Positions 48,770-62,113 of a DNA stretch of 64,000 nucleotides are shown here, in pieces (positions within the stretch are counted from its first letter, which is position 1; each line of letters starts with the position of its first letter). The stretch is from Antechinus flavipes (taxonomy: Eukaryota), in the NCBI RefSeq assembly GCF_016432865.1, contig NC_067398.1:163928001-163992000 (forward strand), written 5' to 3'. The notes beneath the pieces are model-generated. The model had not been told where the DNA came from. It was given only the letters and a program-made list of their open reading frames with translations, and made no database searches. The position numbers and the translations under genes were made by a program.

Positions 48770-50945
48770 CTAATAATCAATGAAGAAGCATTTATTATGC
48801 ACCTACTATAGTCTCTCAGTCAATTAGCACCTGTTAAGTATGTATTGTAAGCTAAAAACTATAACTACTGGAGATCAAAGAGTGGCAAAATATATTCCCT
48901 ACCTTCAAAAAGCTTACATTGTAACAAGGGAGACAACATATAAAGAATCAGGTAATAGAAACCATATTCAAAGTGGGAGACAGGGAGAGAGAGGGAAAGA
49001 AAGGGAGAGGGAGAGAGAGGGAGAGATGGTTTTAGGAAGGGAAGAACACGAGGGAATCCCTCCTGCAGAAAGCAGGATCTTGAAGGAAGTCATGGGAACC
49101 AAGAGAAAGAGGAAAGAAGGAAGCACATTCCAATTGTAGGGATCTCATTGGTGAAAGATCACAGAGATGGGAGATGGAGTAACCAGAGGTGTTGGATCAT
49201 ATTATGTTTGGAGTAAAGTATAAAAAAATTGGAAAGTCAGGAAGGAGTGTCACTTACGAAAAGTCCTATCTAGCAAGCACAGGATTTTATATTTGATGCT
49301 GGAAATGACAATGTCAAATCTATTCTTTTTTAAAATCATTTTAAAATTTTATTTAATTTCTTTAATTATAGTTTCTTATTTTCAAAATATATACATGGGT
49401 AATTTTTGACATTCATCCCTACAAAACCCTATGTTCTAATTTTTCCCCCTCTGTTCTCCCCTTTCCCTAGTCGGCAAATGATTCAATATATGTTAAATAG
49501 GTGCAATTCCTCTATACATATTTCCACAAATATCATGCTGCAAAAGAAAAATCAGATCCAAAAGGAAAAAAAATGAGAAAGAAAATAAAATGCAAGCAAA
49601 CAACAACAAGAGTTAAAATACTATGTTGTTGTCTACATTCAGTTCCCTCTGTAACTGAATGCGTCTTCATCATAAGACAAGTGGAAATTGTCTGAATCAC
49701 TTCATTGTTAACGAAAACCATGTTCATCAGAATTGATCATCATATAATCTTGCTGTTGCCATGTACAATGATCTCCTGGTTCTGCTCATTTCACTTAGCA
49801 TCAGTTCATATAAATCTCTGCAGGCCTTTCTGAAATCATTCTACTGGTCATTTCTTATAGAATAATAATATTCTATAACATCCATGTACAATAACTTGTT
49901 CAACCATTCTCCAACTGATGGGCATCCACTCAATTTCCAGTTTCTCGCTACTACAAAAAGGGCTGCCACAAACATGTTTTGCACATTGGGTTCCTTTCCC
50001 TCCTTTATGATCTCTTTAGGATACAAGCCCCGTAGAAACATTGCTGGATCAAAGGGTATGCACAGTCAAATTTATATTTTAGAAAAATCACTTTGGTAGT
50101 TGACTGTCAGAGATAGAATTGGGAGAGTCTCAAAGTAGGGAGATCAATTAAAAGGCATTTGTAATAGTCCAGTTGACAGATAATGCAGAGATCCTAGCTA
50201 TATGAGGAGAGCATATATGAAAAATGCTATTAAAGTAGAAGCAACTTAACAAAAGATTGGATATGGGAGAGAAATAGAGAGAGAGAGGAGAAGGGAGGGA
50301 AAGAGAGGGAGAGAGAAAAACAAAGAAAGAGAGGGGGGATGAAGGGAGGAAGAGATAAAAGAAAGGAGGGAGGGAAGGAGAAAGGAATCAAACCTAAATT
50401 ACCCATTTGGATGACTTGGAGGATGATGGTATCCTCAACTGTGAGGTTATGTAGTAATGTTCACCTGTTTCATTATGTCTGACTCTTCATGACCCTATGT
50501 GGGATTTTTTTGGCAAAGATACTGGAGTGATTTGCCATTTCCTTCTTCAGCTTGTTTTAAAGATGAGAAAACTGAGGCAAACCTGATTAAGGGTTAAGTG
50601 ATTTGCCCAGGGTCACATAGCTAGGCTGAATTGGAACTCAAGAAGGAAAGTCTTCACCATCCAGTCCTTCAAGTATAGTAGGGAAGTTAAGAAGAGGAGA
50701 GGATGTGGAAGGAAAGATGAGGTGGGGTTTTTTGGATCATGTTGAATGTGAGATGGTTATGGAACATCAAATAAAAAAATCCCAAAGACAGAATAATGCT
50801 TAGAAAAGAGACTTGAGTTAAACATAAAAATCTGGATATGATCTGCAGAGATAATAACTGAACATGTACACATACATGCACACAGAGAGGTAAGAAATTG
50901 CCCATCTAAATACAAATCATATCTAGATAAAAGACATTCTTCATT
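48770..50945 (-). mobile_element. L2 interrupted by an L1 3' end (about 49335-50065, -), a purine tract (about 50270-50390) and a Mar1-type SINE (about 50450-50660, -)
   Basis: L2 body continues on both sides of the L1 (gtcaaatctatt / gtcaaatttata degenerate TSD). L1 ORF2 C-terminus in ORF 49841..50041. Confidence 0.75.
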
Positions 50946-51015
50946 CATTAATTTTTTTTCCAGGATGGATGATGAGGTCAACTCAGAAAGACTGTCATCA
51001 AAGAGATGGATGGTG

Positions 51016-51035
51016 AAAGAGAGAGAAACAGAGAC

Positions 51036-51100
<65 letters not shown>
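51016..51100. repeat. (AG)n microsatellite with a pure run at about 51042-51100
   Basis: Read directly. Confidence 0.95.
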
Positions 51101-51103
<3 letters not shown>

Positions 51104-51104
51104 G

Positions 51105-51290
51105 GCTGGTTACATGATAACAGTAAAGATAACCATTGAGTAGAGTAGCCTGTTTGTTCCAATGGTATCTTCATGGAATTGACAGAAGGTGAAGTGATTT
51201 CTTAGTGCCTTGGATGGACTACTTGTGTAAAAGTCCCATAGGATGGGCAGGAATTAATGGGTTCTCTGCAATCAATGACAGGAAAGGGCT
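51105..51290 (+). mobile_element. RTE-type LINE/SINE 3' fragment
   Basis: gataaccattgagtagag...caatggtatcttcatgg...ttggatggactacttgtg resembles the RTE ORF C-terminal RW..W.P...R..GRP..RW.D region. Confidence 0.45.
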
Positions 51291-54200
51291 AAGATCTGCT
51301 CAGTCATCTAAATTATTACTCAGTATACTGGCTAGTGACATGCATTCAAGCGATGGCTGTCATCGGGATATTATCTATGGCTATAAAAAAGCTATGGGTT
51401 TTTTATGCAAAAACAATTGTCCTCTATAGAGATGAACAAACACTCCTTCAATATCCAAGGACAAAGATCCTCTATACCTCTCAATTCTTAGAGGGATGGA
51501 TACAGACAATTCTATTTCTGTATAGCATTCAGCCATCAAGTTTACTTCCAAATATGGCATGGCCATAATAGATAGAAGAATTTGAATCTCTATTACTGGT
51601 AAATTGAGCCAGGCAGATAGCTCTGTGTTTTTTTTGCCCCTTCATCTTCTAACTTTCTGCAAATCCCAGCAGGGATTCTGGCCCACAGATCTCTTGTAGC
51701 TCTTTTTCTGGACCTTTTAAAGCTCATAGAATTGTAGCCATCTCTCATCTCCACCTAAAAGAAAGAAAGAATAGACATTAGAATAGTGTTAGGAGCAACA
51801 TCAGAATTATGTACTCATGGGTCACAGCATCTGGTGGGTAGGTGAAGATCTGAGGTCTCTTTCTCTACTGAGGGCTTAGTTCTTAAATCTTTGTTTGAAT
51901 ACAGACATCCAGAAATGAGGAAATCACTCTCTCCTTCCCCCAGAACATACACAAATTCTCTACTTTTTGCTATTTGGAAGGGTTCTGAATCTGATAATTG
52001 TTTCACTATAAAATATTTATTTCTGGTGTTACCTAATTTAGGTAACACTTCTTTTAACTGAGGACAGCCCTTTAATTTTGTTAAAGAAACATTTGTTTGT
52101 TTGTTTTAAACATTAAGGAGTACCTGTACTGGAATATTAGCTTTTAGTAATTGGGGGCCAAGTGGGGAGGAAGATATCCTTCCTGGAACCAACTGATATC
52201 TAGTATATGATTTGAATAGGAATAAAAATGAGTTGATTTTACAGTGTACAGTGAACACAGTCCTATTTGTGTAGATCTTTGTTCATTAATTTCAAAAAGG
52301 ATACACCTGATCCAGGTGTCTTGTGACCTTTCAACTATGATAAAGTGATCCAGAGCCAACTGGCTCTCTGAAATGGAATATTAAAGAGGCTTGCTGACAA
52401 ACAAACTTCCTCTCTCCTATTCCTCCTTCCACAGCACTTCTCAGCAAGGGAAGGATACAGTTGTTCCCTAAATGTGGCAGTGGAAACTCTTAACCTAGGA
52501 AAGAACATAACTTAGAGCATTAGACAGGGACCTTTCAAGTTAGACTGGCCTTCAGCCAACTTGCTCCTAGTTGGGTTGTTCGTGCTGCAATAGGAAATCA
52601 TTTACTCCCATGTCACCTTCCTTTGGCTTCTGAATCATGCAAAATGTGTCACTAGGACCCCAAAGCCCAAGCTGGGAAAAAAATAAAATTCCACCACCAA
52701 AAGTAATGTATATCCATTGCTAAAATGAAAAGTAAAATGGCGTTATGGACGGGCTGCCAATCCTGGAGCCAGGAAGACTGAGAGTCAAGTTCTATTTGTG
52801 CCAAATACTGATCACATAATTGGGGACAAGTCACCCAATGTCTCACTGTTCTAGACAATTCTTCAAGATTATACCAGGTAGAGAAGGTTTTGCTTTGGTT
52901 GAGTGTGTTTCCTCACCTGGGAATTTCCTATCACAATGAAATCATAGGTCCAACCTCTATCCCAAATTTACAATCCAATTGTAATTTACAATTCAATACA
53001 AAAAAATGTAACAAACTTTTTAACACAATATAGCAGAAAGAACACCAAATGAAGAGTAAAAGGATAATGCTTCTGAATCCTAAATATAGTTTTTCCCTGT
53101 CTGAACCTAGGTACATCATATAATCTTGTTGAATCTCAGTTTCCTCACTTGCAAAATGAAAATATTGGAGTAGATTTCTAAAGTTCTTTCTAGTCTGAAG
53201 ATCCTCTTTATTAACTTTTTCATTTGAAAATGAAATAGTCATCAACTGATTAGTAGGATATGATATCCAAAGAATATTAATTTTCTACATGTTAATAAGC
53301 ATAACAAGCTTAAAAGGTGTTCCTTCAAGGGTAGCAAGATAGTGCTAACTATTTTAGATGCAAACTCATTAATTCTGAAAGTTACTTAAGTATGCTAAAA
53401 TAGTTAATGAATGATTGTCAGTCCTTCACTGTAGCAGCTCTCTATAAAGTCTATGGCTCATGTAATTTGGACTTGCTTGCTCAGGTCTTTCTAATTCTTT
53501 TATAAATATATTAGTATCTTTTGTTTTTTATAATATCTTCATTTCTGAATATTTTACTTTCCTTCCCCTATAAGGAGTGATTCCTTATCATTGTAAGGTA
53601 TATTTAAAAGATTTTTTAAATATTAAAAAGCAGTTTGTTAAAACCAACGAACATATAAACCAAGTCTCAAGTATACAAATTGATCCATCTACTATGCAAA
53701 AGTGGTTTAGCCTCTTGGTCATTATAAATACATAGAATATAATTATTATAATTAAGTTATTCTTCCTTTCTTCCTTCCTTCCTATTTGTTGTTTATCCTT
53801 CATCTTTAAAGTAGATCAATGATTTCATGGGAGGGATATCTTGATATGAATTGGATTTAAGTGAGTTAGAGCTGTACAAAGTCATAAATCTTATTCTCTC
53901 TTACAGAATCATTAAAGTTCAGTGGCAAGGTAAAAGTCGGGACAATTATTGATGGCTGGGAATGCAGTGGATTCCAGTGATGTCTTTGATGTCTGATTGA
54001 GCTCTAAGCTTGGTAATAATAAAATTGGTAATAAAAAATAATTAGCAACAAGTTGTTCTCATCCACCCATTCTGGGGGGAGGAGAGATGGAAAGCAGAGA
54101 GGATGTAAGTCTTTTCTTCCCCAAAACTCACTAATAGGCTTGATGTTTGTAAATTACCTTCATCTTGGTTTAGCATCTGCTGAGATGGTTTTACAAGATG

Positions 54201-54329
54201 TGACCACTCTACATGTCACAGCTTTTTGGTAAAAGTTGGGTGAACATGGGAACCAAAGGTGGATGAGCATCCCTGAAAAGACTCAATCACCTCTCATACC
54301 AGAGGGCTAGTCCTCTTTAAAGATTCTGT

Positions 54330-54770
54330 ACAAACCCTTTTTCCTTTTACATTGCTACAGTCATTATGCATTTTGTTTTACTGTTACTACTCACTTTATT
54401 AATATTTCTTCTTTGGGACTATACCTTCACAATATAGTAGTATTAAGTTTCCATTATTTTATTTTGTTATATCCATATACATAATTGTAGTTATTATGCA
54501 TATTGTTTCTTTATATGTATATTATATATATAGTCTTCCTAATTTTGCTTACTTAGTTAGTATTGGTTCATATAAGTCTTCTTAGAATATTGCATATTCA
54601 TCATTACTTATGACACCTACCACAATCTATTTAACTGTTTCCTAATCAATGGGCATCTTTTATGTTTCCAAGTCTTTGTTCTTACAAAAAGTCTGAGTGT
54701 ATTTGTGTACCTTTCTTTCTGTCTTGAAAGTATATGCCCATCAGTGGTATCTCTGGATCAAAGGTCTATG
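54330..54770 (-). mobile_element. Old L1 3' fragment
   Basis: ctaatcaatgggcatcttttatgtttccaagtctttg, ggtatctctggatcaaagg. Confidence 0.6.
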
Positions 54771-56269
54771 GTAATTTGAAAAATATTATAATTTGAACTA
54801 TATTCAATTCCCTAACAAAGAAAGATGGAAAAACCCTAGCTATGAGAACTGTTTCCTCTAAGGCAGCCCCTAAACCACCTGTAATTCAGTAGATGCATCC
54901 CAAGCAATTACCTAAGTAGAGAAGAAGCTAATTGCTTACACAGCTAGTAAGTTTTAGAAGTGAAATTTGAATCCAAGATCTCCTGACTCCAATTCCAATA
55001 CTCTATACACTAGGTCATACTACTTCTAGCAAGGAAAAAAAAAAAATTAAAGACTTCTCAGTGGAAATTATCAACAAATGTTCTAATCAGGTAGAAATTG
55101 GAAGAAATAATATTTCCAGAGATTGTCAAATCTCCCTTACACAGGTTACAGATAGAAAAATTTGACTTCCAGGCACATCTGCATTTGCCATGGGTAAATA
55201 TTCTCTATCTCAACTAAAATTAGCCTGAAATGCATCTTTGCTTCAGTGAATTATCTCATTTGTATGAGTCTAGGCTGAGTGATCACATTCTAATAATCTC
55301 ATCACCAATATATCCAACACAGCTAGAAACAGTTTGGGGAATAGTTTTGGAGATAGATTGAAAGATAGTTCAGGCCAATGAAAGGCAGAATGGTAGAAGG
55401 GTGTATCAGCAGTGTTCAAGTACAAGTTTCATTTTCAAAAATTGCTTCTTCTAAGTATGAGTATGAATTAAATAGTTTAGGGGAAAAAATGTTGTTTCCT
55501 TGAAAGTTTAGTATACAAATAATCAATATTGGAGGCCAGGGAAGCATCTATTTTCATGTTATTTAATGTAACTTATTAGTAAATCAGTATCTGCACTGGT
55601 AAGTCAGTCTTCCTCCCCTGAGTAGCTGAGGATGGGATCTGCTGAACCATATGAAAAACTGCTCTCAATATTTCTTTTCCTATCTTCTTGGCTCAGTGGC
55701 CTAGTTGCAGCCTAGGGATTGCTAAGTGTAACACTGGTATGCCCTTAAAAAGGGTCCTTAGTCTAAAAGAGAAGGAAATTCTAATGGAAATACCGCTGAA
55801 CCAGCCATCAAAAAACCTCTGCTCCCAGAACTGTAACTAGCTGTGTGCTTTTGAGCAAAATGTTTGGCTCCTCAGATGTCTTTATTATCCCATTCTGTCC
55901 CAGATTCACAGACTTTTTCTTTTTATACTAAAATCTTCCTTCCCTTCCTCTGTTAGATATTTGGAAGGAAAACAAAAACAAAACAACAACACAAGAATGA
56001 CATATGAATACAGATATCACCAAGTTTACAAAAATATATTTCATTCTTTCATTAGCATGTCCTCATCTTAATATTATTTTTCTATAACACATTTTAGAAA
56101 TAAGACAAGAATAGATGATCATAAATATTTCTTTCCTACCCCCCATCTGAAAGAAAGCTCTGTTCCTCTTTTCTTCCCACTTCCCCTTAGTGAATATTTT
56201 TCTCTATTTTTTTTTCTAAATGACTAAGTCCATAATTCATCTTTTGCTGTTAGTGAAGATAGAATTGGT

Positions 56270-58190
56270 CAGACTTGGCAAATGATTGGATATAGGGGAG
56301 AGCTGGTGAGAAAGAGTGGAGTCAAGACAATACCTATGTTGTAAAACTAGATGCCTTAGACCATGGTGGTGTCCTTAATAATAATAGGCAAGTTAAGAAG
56401 AGGGGCGGGGTTATAAGGAAAAATAATGAGTTCAATTTTGGACATTTTGAGTTTAAGAAGTCTATGAGACATCCAGTTCATGATGTTCCAGTTGGATATG
56501 AGAGACTGGAAGGTAGGGGATAGGTTAGTGCTGTATAAGTAGATCTGAAAGTCATCATCATCATAGAGAAGATAATTGAATATATGGGATTTGATGAGAC
56601 CACTTTTCTCTATAGAGGGAAAAGAGAAGAAGGATCAGATAGAGCCTTGAGATAGAAGCTACACTTAGCACACCTGACCTTGATGAACATTCAGGAAAAG
56701 AGATTGGAAAAAATAGATATATAGGAGAAGAATCAAAAAGAATGATGTCATAGAAACCTAGAGAAATGAAAGCATAAAACAGAGTGATTAACAATGTCAA
56801 AGCTTGAAAAGACATCAAGAAACATGAATATTGAGAAAAGTACTTTAGATTTGGTAATTAAGGGATCACTGGTAACTTCAGGCACAAAGAAGAGAGCAAA
56901 GCAGGACCTGAAGTAAGGAACATTTATCTTCCTGAGTTCAAATTCAGACTCAGACACTTACCACAGACACTAGACAGGTCACTTAATCCTGTTTTTCTCA
57001 ATTCCTCATCTGTAAAATGATCTGGAGAAGGAAACTTCTATTCTGGAGATGGCAAACTATTCTAGTATCTTTGCCAAGAAAACCCCAAAAGGGGTCACAA
57101 AGAATCAGCCCCTATTGAAATGACTGAAGAACATGAGAACTTAGAAGAGACCAGTTTCATTGAGGAATAAGGTCAAAGGAAAAGTGAGGGGAAATGAAGA
57201 GGAGATACTAATTAAAGATGGTTTCTCAATCAAGTTGTTTAGTCACAAAAAAGGTGAGCTATGGGACTGCGTTGATGGGATGGATGGCTTAAAAGAGGAA
57301 TTTTTGAGGAAAGAAGAGACAGGGATATGTTTGTAAGCAGTAAGAAAACAGCCAGTGAACCAATAAACAAATTAAGAATAGCCTTAATTTTTTTTCATTC
57401 AACTATGAGCTAAGATTCTCGGCTGAGAGGGTGGGGGAAGGAAGAGCCATAAGAGACTTGATAAAGGATGAACAATTTTTAGAAAGACTACTGTGGGATG
57501 TTGAATAGTAAATTTATTAGACAAGTATAAAATAATTCTCTTGCCACAGAGGAGCCCAATTGAGATTCAGTAACATAAATTTTTAGTCAGCATACTTTCA
57601 TGATTTTCTCCATACTTATTCAGCAGTACATGAGAGAAGGAAGGCACCAAACTGTAGGAATAATCCAAAGCAAAGGCTTGGCAAAGCAAGATCGAGAGAA
57701 TAAGGAGGCATAAAACTCAAGGGGAGAATTAAACTGACTTACTAAGGGGTCAAGTTAAGAAAGGAGGAAAGTGGAGATAGTATAGGAATAATGGTCTGGG
57801 GAAAAAAACCTGAGTGGTAGAGAGATTGGAGTTCAAGGTAATGAACTGGGTTTGAGGTTTCCAGGCAAAGAAAAAGGTGGAATATCACCGAATATGATCA
57901 GGTAAGGGAATCTCAAAATTCATAAATATGGCTGTGGTTCATTTGTGGCTGCTATCAGGATTGGAGATATGATCGTGTCTGTGTGTAGCTATGGTGGCAG
58001 TAGTGTGGGAAGATCATGGGAAATGAGTAATCTGAGGAACTGGGAAGTTAGGTACATATGTTGAAGTCCCCCTTGCATGAGAGTAGGAGTAGGGGAGAAG
58101 AGAGTCACTGTGAGTTAGACACCAAATTATTAAGGAAGAAAGGAAGGAAAGTGTCCTGGAGGTTGGTAGAAATGTCCACTAGTATCCTAT
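56270..58190 (-). mobile_element. Long L2 LINE fragment, interrupted by a Mar1-type SINE (about 56890-57135, +)
   Basis: Purine-rich antisense L2 ORF2 throughout. ttgaagtcccc near 58041-58051 reads GDFN (endonuclease) on the minus strand. Confidence 0.7.
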
Positions 58191-59349
58191 TTTTATCACA
58201 AAAGGTGGCAATATAGTATCAAGAACATCTACAACTGTATTCCATCTTCACCTTCATTTTCCTTCTTATTTTTTCCTTATAAACTCTGTCTTTTGATGCT
58301 GATCCTTCCCATGGCTAAACTTTCCAATAGCTGCTCTCTGAAACCTCCTATAATTAAGCTTCCAATGAATGGGTTTTCCTGCATCTCTCCTCCACTTCCA
58401 CACACAACCCTGGGAAATTCCTCTTCCTTACTATCTCAAACTTCATATTCCCTTTCCACAACTATTTCCCTGGCTGTTTGAAATCCTCCCGTCTTTCTAC
58501 TTCTACTTACAAGTTTCAAATTTTAAAAGCCCTTTAGCATTGTTTTTAGAGCTTCACACAGTGCCTGGCACACAGAAAGTACTTAATAAATGTTAGATTT
58601 GCTTACAAATAAATAGCTTCATTCCACCATTCAGCAGCTAAAGCTCTTTTAAAATATAAATTTCTCCCTACTCCCAACACAAAGTCTCATATTAGAAGGA
58701 AGTAGTCTTAAATCAAGAATTGGTTTCATCTGAGTTAACTGAAATGGAGTACTTTGAAAAATGGGTATTTTGAGAGAAAATGCTTTCAATCAATCAACAG
58801 TCATTTATAAAGTATTTTCTATAAAGAAAACCAGCCAAATAATGGAGAGCTATCCAAAAAAGGGCCTCACAAAGTAAAAAGTATAGTGGGAATATGTTTT
58901 ATTACCTCAGTAAGATAATAGTTTGTCAACTTAGTATAACAGTCCATTTTGTGATTGAGTTGTTTTGAGCAAATTGTTGTATAATTTGTTTTCAATAAGA
59001 TAAACACTTTAAAGGTATAATATTGTAAACAATATTTGTGTATTCTTAAATAATTAATAAATGTGTATCCTATGAAAACATATGGCAATAACTTTATCAG
59101 TACTTTCTCTAGTAAGCTACCAATCAAATTATGTGGTATTTACCACATTTATTTCTACCAATATAAAAAACCTACCTGGAGACCCAGTTCTCAATCTATT
59201 CCTAGGATGGGCTCCTGTGTTTCTCCATGCTTCAAGGTCAAGTAGCTTATGCTTGCTCAAGGGCAGTGCTGATTGATAAGAAACTTGCTAGATGACCACT
59301 TCAGAAAATGATCGCCTGAGGGGGAGAAACGGGGGCCTTTTGTAGGGAG

Positions 59350-59380
<31 letters not shown>

Positions 59381-60039
59381 TACTTATCAGAACCTCCAAG
59401 ATTCAGAATGGTGATTTGTCTTAAAGAAAGGTGATTTATTCTTGTTTCTATTCTTTGCATTCATTAAAAAAGTTTAAGTCTAATTAGTGCTTCTCTCATT
59501 AGATAGCATAAAGTAAATGGATTAAATAGATACTTTGTTCAGGCCTTTGTCATGGAGGATTCTTTGTGATCCCATTTAAGATTTTCTTGGCAAAGATACA
59601 ATGGTTTGCCATGCTGCTAAGTCAAGCCTAGATTGACATTACCTCCCTCAGTCTCCTCTTTCTACTGATTTGAGGGCTGGAGGATAGAATACCAAACTCA
59701 GCCTAATGGGTTGTTTTTTTGTTTTTGTTTTTTTTACAGAGCTGAAAACTAGAGTATTTTGCTCTCTCCTCTGCATCTGCTATTCAGCCTTGTTTTTTTT
59801 TTTCGGCTCTATGGAACAAGATGCCTTTTGTACCTGAGTATTCCTGACCTTACTGCACTCCCAATCTCCACTTTCCTTTTTCCTTTTGTGTTTTATCTTC
59901 CCTTATTTCCTTTGGGCAGAGCACCCACAGGTAGGAGTATGCTACCTTATGTGGACAGAGAAAAAGAAGGGAAGAGAAAAGAGAAAAAAAAAGAAAGGGG
60001 AAGAGTAGAGGCACAAGAGGGGAAGGGTTTAACCAGCTA

Positions 60040-61350
60040 GATTTTTTCCTTAAGGACCATGATTTAAACTCAAATCACTCTGGCTCTCATGATTGGCCAA
60101 TAATAGGTCCCAGGTCAAGCCCCAAATTGGTTGTTGTTTGGGTCCTGATTGGCTCAGAATGAATGTAAATGGCAATTGTTTCTGTTTTGACCATATGTGG
60201 GATGGCAACCCTTAATTTGAAATGACTACTCAGAGATTTCTCAAAGTGAAGAACAAAAGCTTTATTAGAATCTCTGGAGAAGCCAGCAGTCAGTTCACTG
60301 GAGTCTCAGAGAGAGGAGAACTGATTTTACAAAGACGAAGAGATGATTTAAATAGTCAAAAACCACAGGAACCTTAGACCCCTTCCCCTCATCTGGTTAA
60401 TTTTTACTGCCTGCTTAGATGGAAGTAGCAAAGGTTTGCTCAATTATAGTCAAGCCAATATAGTTGACTTATTGTAGGTGTTTGCCTAAATTTATGGTGG
60501 TCAGTTTGTTATGTTTGCAAATGCTTGCAGATATGTTTGATCTGGTATGAGCACTCAATTGTAAGGTTTGTATAAAGAATTTCATTTTTTCCAAACTCAT
60601 CAGACATTTATAAAGTAAAATTTAATTAGAGGTTCAGTCTACTTTAGTTAATGATTTTATAAGAAACCACATAATTCCTCATAATAAAGAGATTTATTTA
60701 GAGGTAAATAATCTATTAAGTCAGAGCGGTTAAAAGGTTTCTAGAATAACTTAATTTACCTCAGGCTTCCTCAATCAACAAACAGAGATAGCTAGTTTGG
60801 AGACTTTTTGAATATCTCCAGGTCATTAAATAATTAGTGAGATTCTTCTCTAAGCAATTAAGTAAAAGTCAAGAGGGTTATCTCAGGTATTTCTGCTAGA
60901 AGAGCAAGTCTTTGCTCTTTTTCCCAGAACCTTAATGATTAACAGATCCTTGGTGCTGAGTCTTGAATTGCCCAAAGTTATTGTTCTGAGAAGTCCTCAG
61001 TTTCCCATTTCACTCCTGATCCTCCCAAAATGTTGTGGGGATTTTTTTTTTTTTTGACTAGGTGAAAGAGGTCGTTTTTGCTCTCATAGATTTAATCAAT
61101 GCTTCAGTCAAACTAAGACCTGTTAAAGACCTTGCCTTAAAAAGACCAGGGTCTCTTACTATATCTAGATCCATCTTTAATTGTTCTTATCTATATCTTG
61201 CCACTTGACCCAAATAGCTCCACAGAAAAGAGCAAGGTTGGTGACTTTGTTTAGCCCTTTTCTCTTAAATCCAATTCACTTGCATGTCATGACATTACCT
61301 CCCTGATATCATGGTCCTCTTCGAGAATAAAGGACAAACAACAACTACAA
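60040..61350 (+). mobile_element. WALLSI-type RTE-SINE split by an LTR (5' part about 60040-60195, 3' part about 61030-61350)
   Basis: The 5' part resembles 62970-63130. The 3' part ends catggtcctcttcgagaataaaggacaaacaacaac. Confidence 0.7.
60196..61020 (-). mobile_element. Solo LTR, antisense; right boundary approximate
   Basis: The minus-strand 3' end ...ctccagagattctaataaagctttt...atctctgagtagtcatttcaaattaagggttgccatcccaca matches the 3' end of the LTR at 61443-62113. Confidence 0.7.
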
Positions 61351-61442
61351 TCTTCCTCCATTATATTATAAGATCTTTGAGGGAATCTTTCTCTTTATTA
61401 ATTGCATCCCTGGCTCTTAGCACAGTGTTTGTCACATAGTAG

Positions 61443-62113
61443 TGATGTAAGCTGTGTCCCCCTTGATCTTTGGGCAGAGGAAGGATGGGCCTAGGTTAGA
61501 GAAACCCTTAAAAAGGGATCTCTCAACCCTCATTTCTCACCTCAAAAGTAGTGTATGGAATAGAGAGAGATAAGGTGAAGAACTTACAGGAATGTATGAA
61601 TTCTTTTTCTGTATTTTATTTCATTATTTCTGTGTTTCCCCTATGACCTGTATAATATGTGCAGGCTCATATTTACTTGAGCCTTGGCCAGTTAGAAACA
61701 TATTTACTTAACCTGAGTTGATGAAATTTATTGGTTTATTTGACATTTGTTGATATTTAGTCTATTAGCTGGTCCACTGTCTGCTTGATTAAGTCTGAAG
61801 GCCTGATTTTCTGTTTCCTAGAAATCAGGAGATTTCAGGGAAACAGAAACCTTCCATTCCAATCTTTCCAAATAGCAACAACCAATTAGATGCCTCCCCC
61901 TCCCTTTCTCAATGCTCTATTACTTGTAATGTAGTTTCTTGTATAAAAGCTATGTATCTTTACTACTTCTTGACCTCCTACCGGGAGCTTTCTTTTTCTT
62001 ATCTTGCAATGGGACTGCTCATCCTCCAGAGGTTTTCAATAAACAACTTTTCTGCCTTCTACTGAAGATCTCTGAGAAGTCATTTTGAGTAAGGGTCTTC
62101 CACATCCTTCACA
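61443..62113 (+). mobile_element. Solo LTR, 671 bp, inserted into an L2 tail
   Basis: TG...CA ends, TATAAAA near 61943, AATAAA near 62038, TSD gtag/gtaa. The L2 tail cacatagt|...|aagaacttaataaatg is split across it. Confidence 0.85.

Noticed and set aside
18731-50099. Recurrent similar ORFs (18731, 19124, 30186, 30489, 31368, 34399, 34658, 49841, 49884) suggesting a dispersed gene family
   Set aside because: All are L1 ORF2 C-termini or 3' UTR frames from truncated L1 copies.
51205-51568. Cluster of short ORFs on both strands
   Set aside because: Partly an RTE 3' fragment. The rest shows no homology or splice structure.
59019-59148. Two 8-bp palindromes (aatattgt-aa-acaatatt and atgtggta-tt-taccacat, the latter with inverted RUNX sites)
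   Set aside because: Stems of this length are expected by chance in 64 kb of AT-rich DNA.
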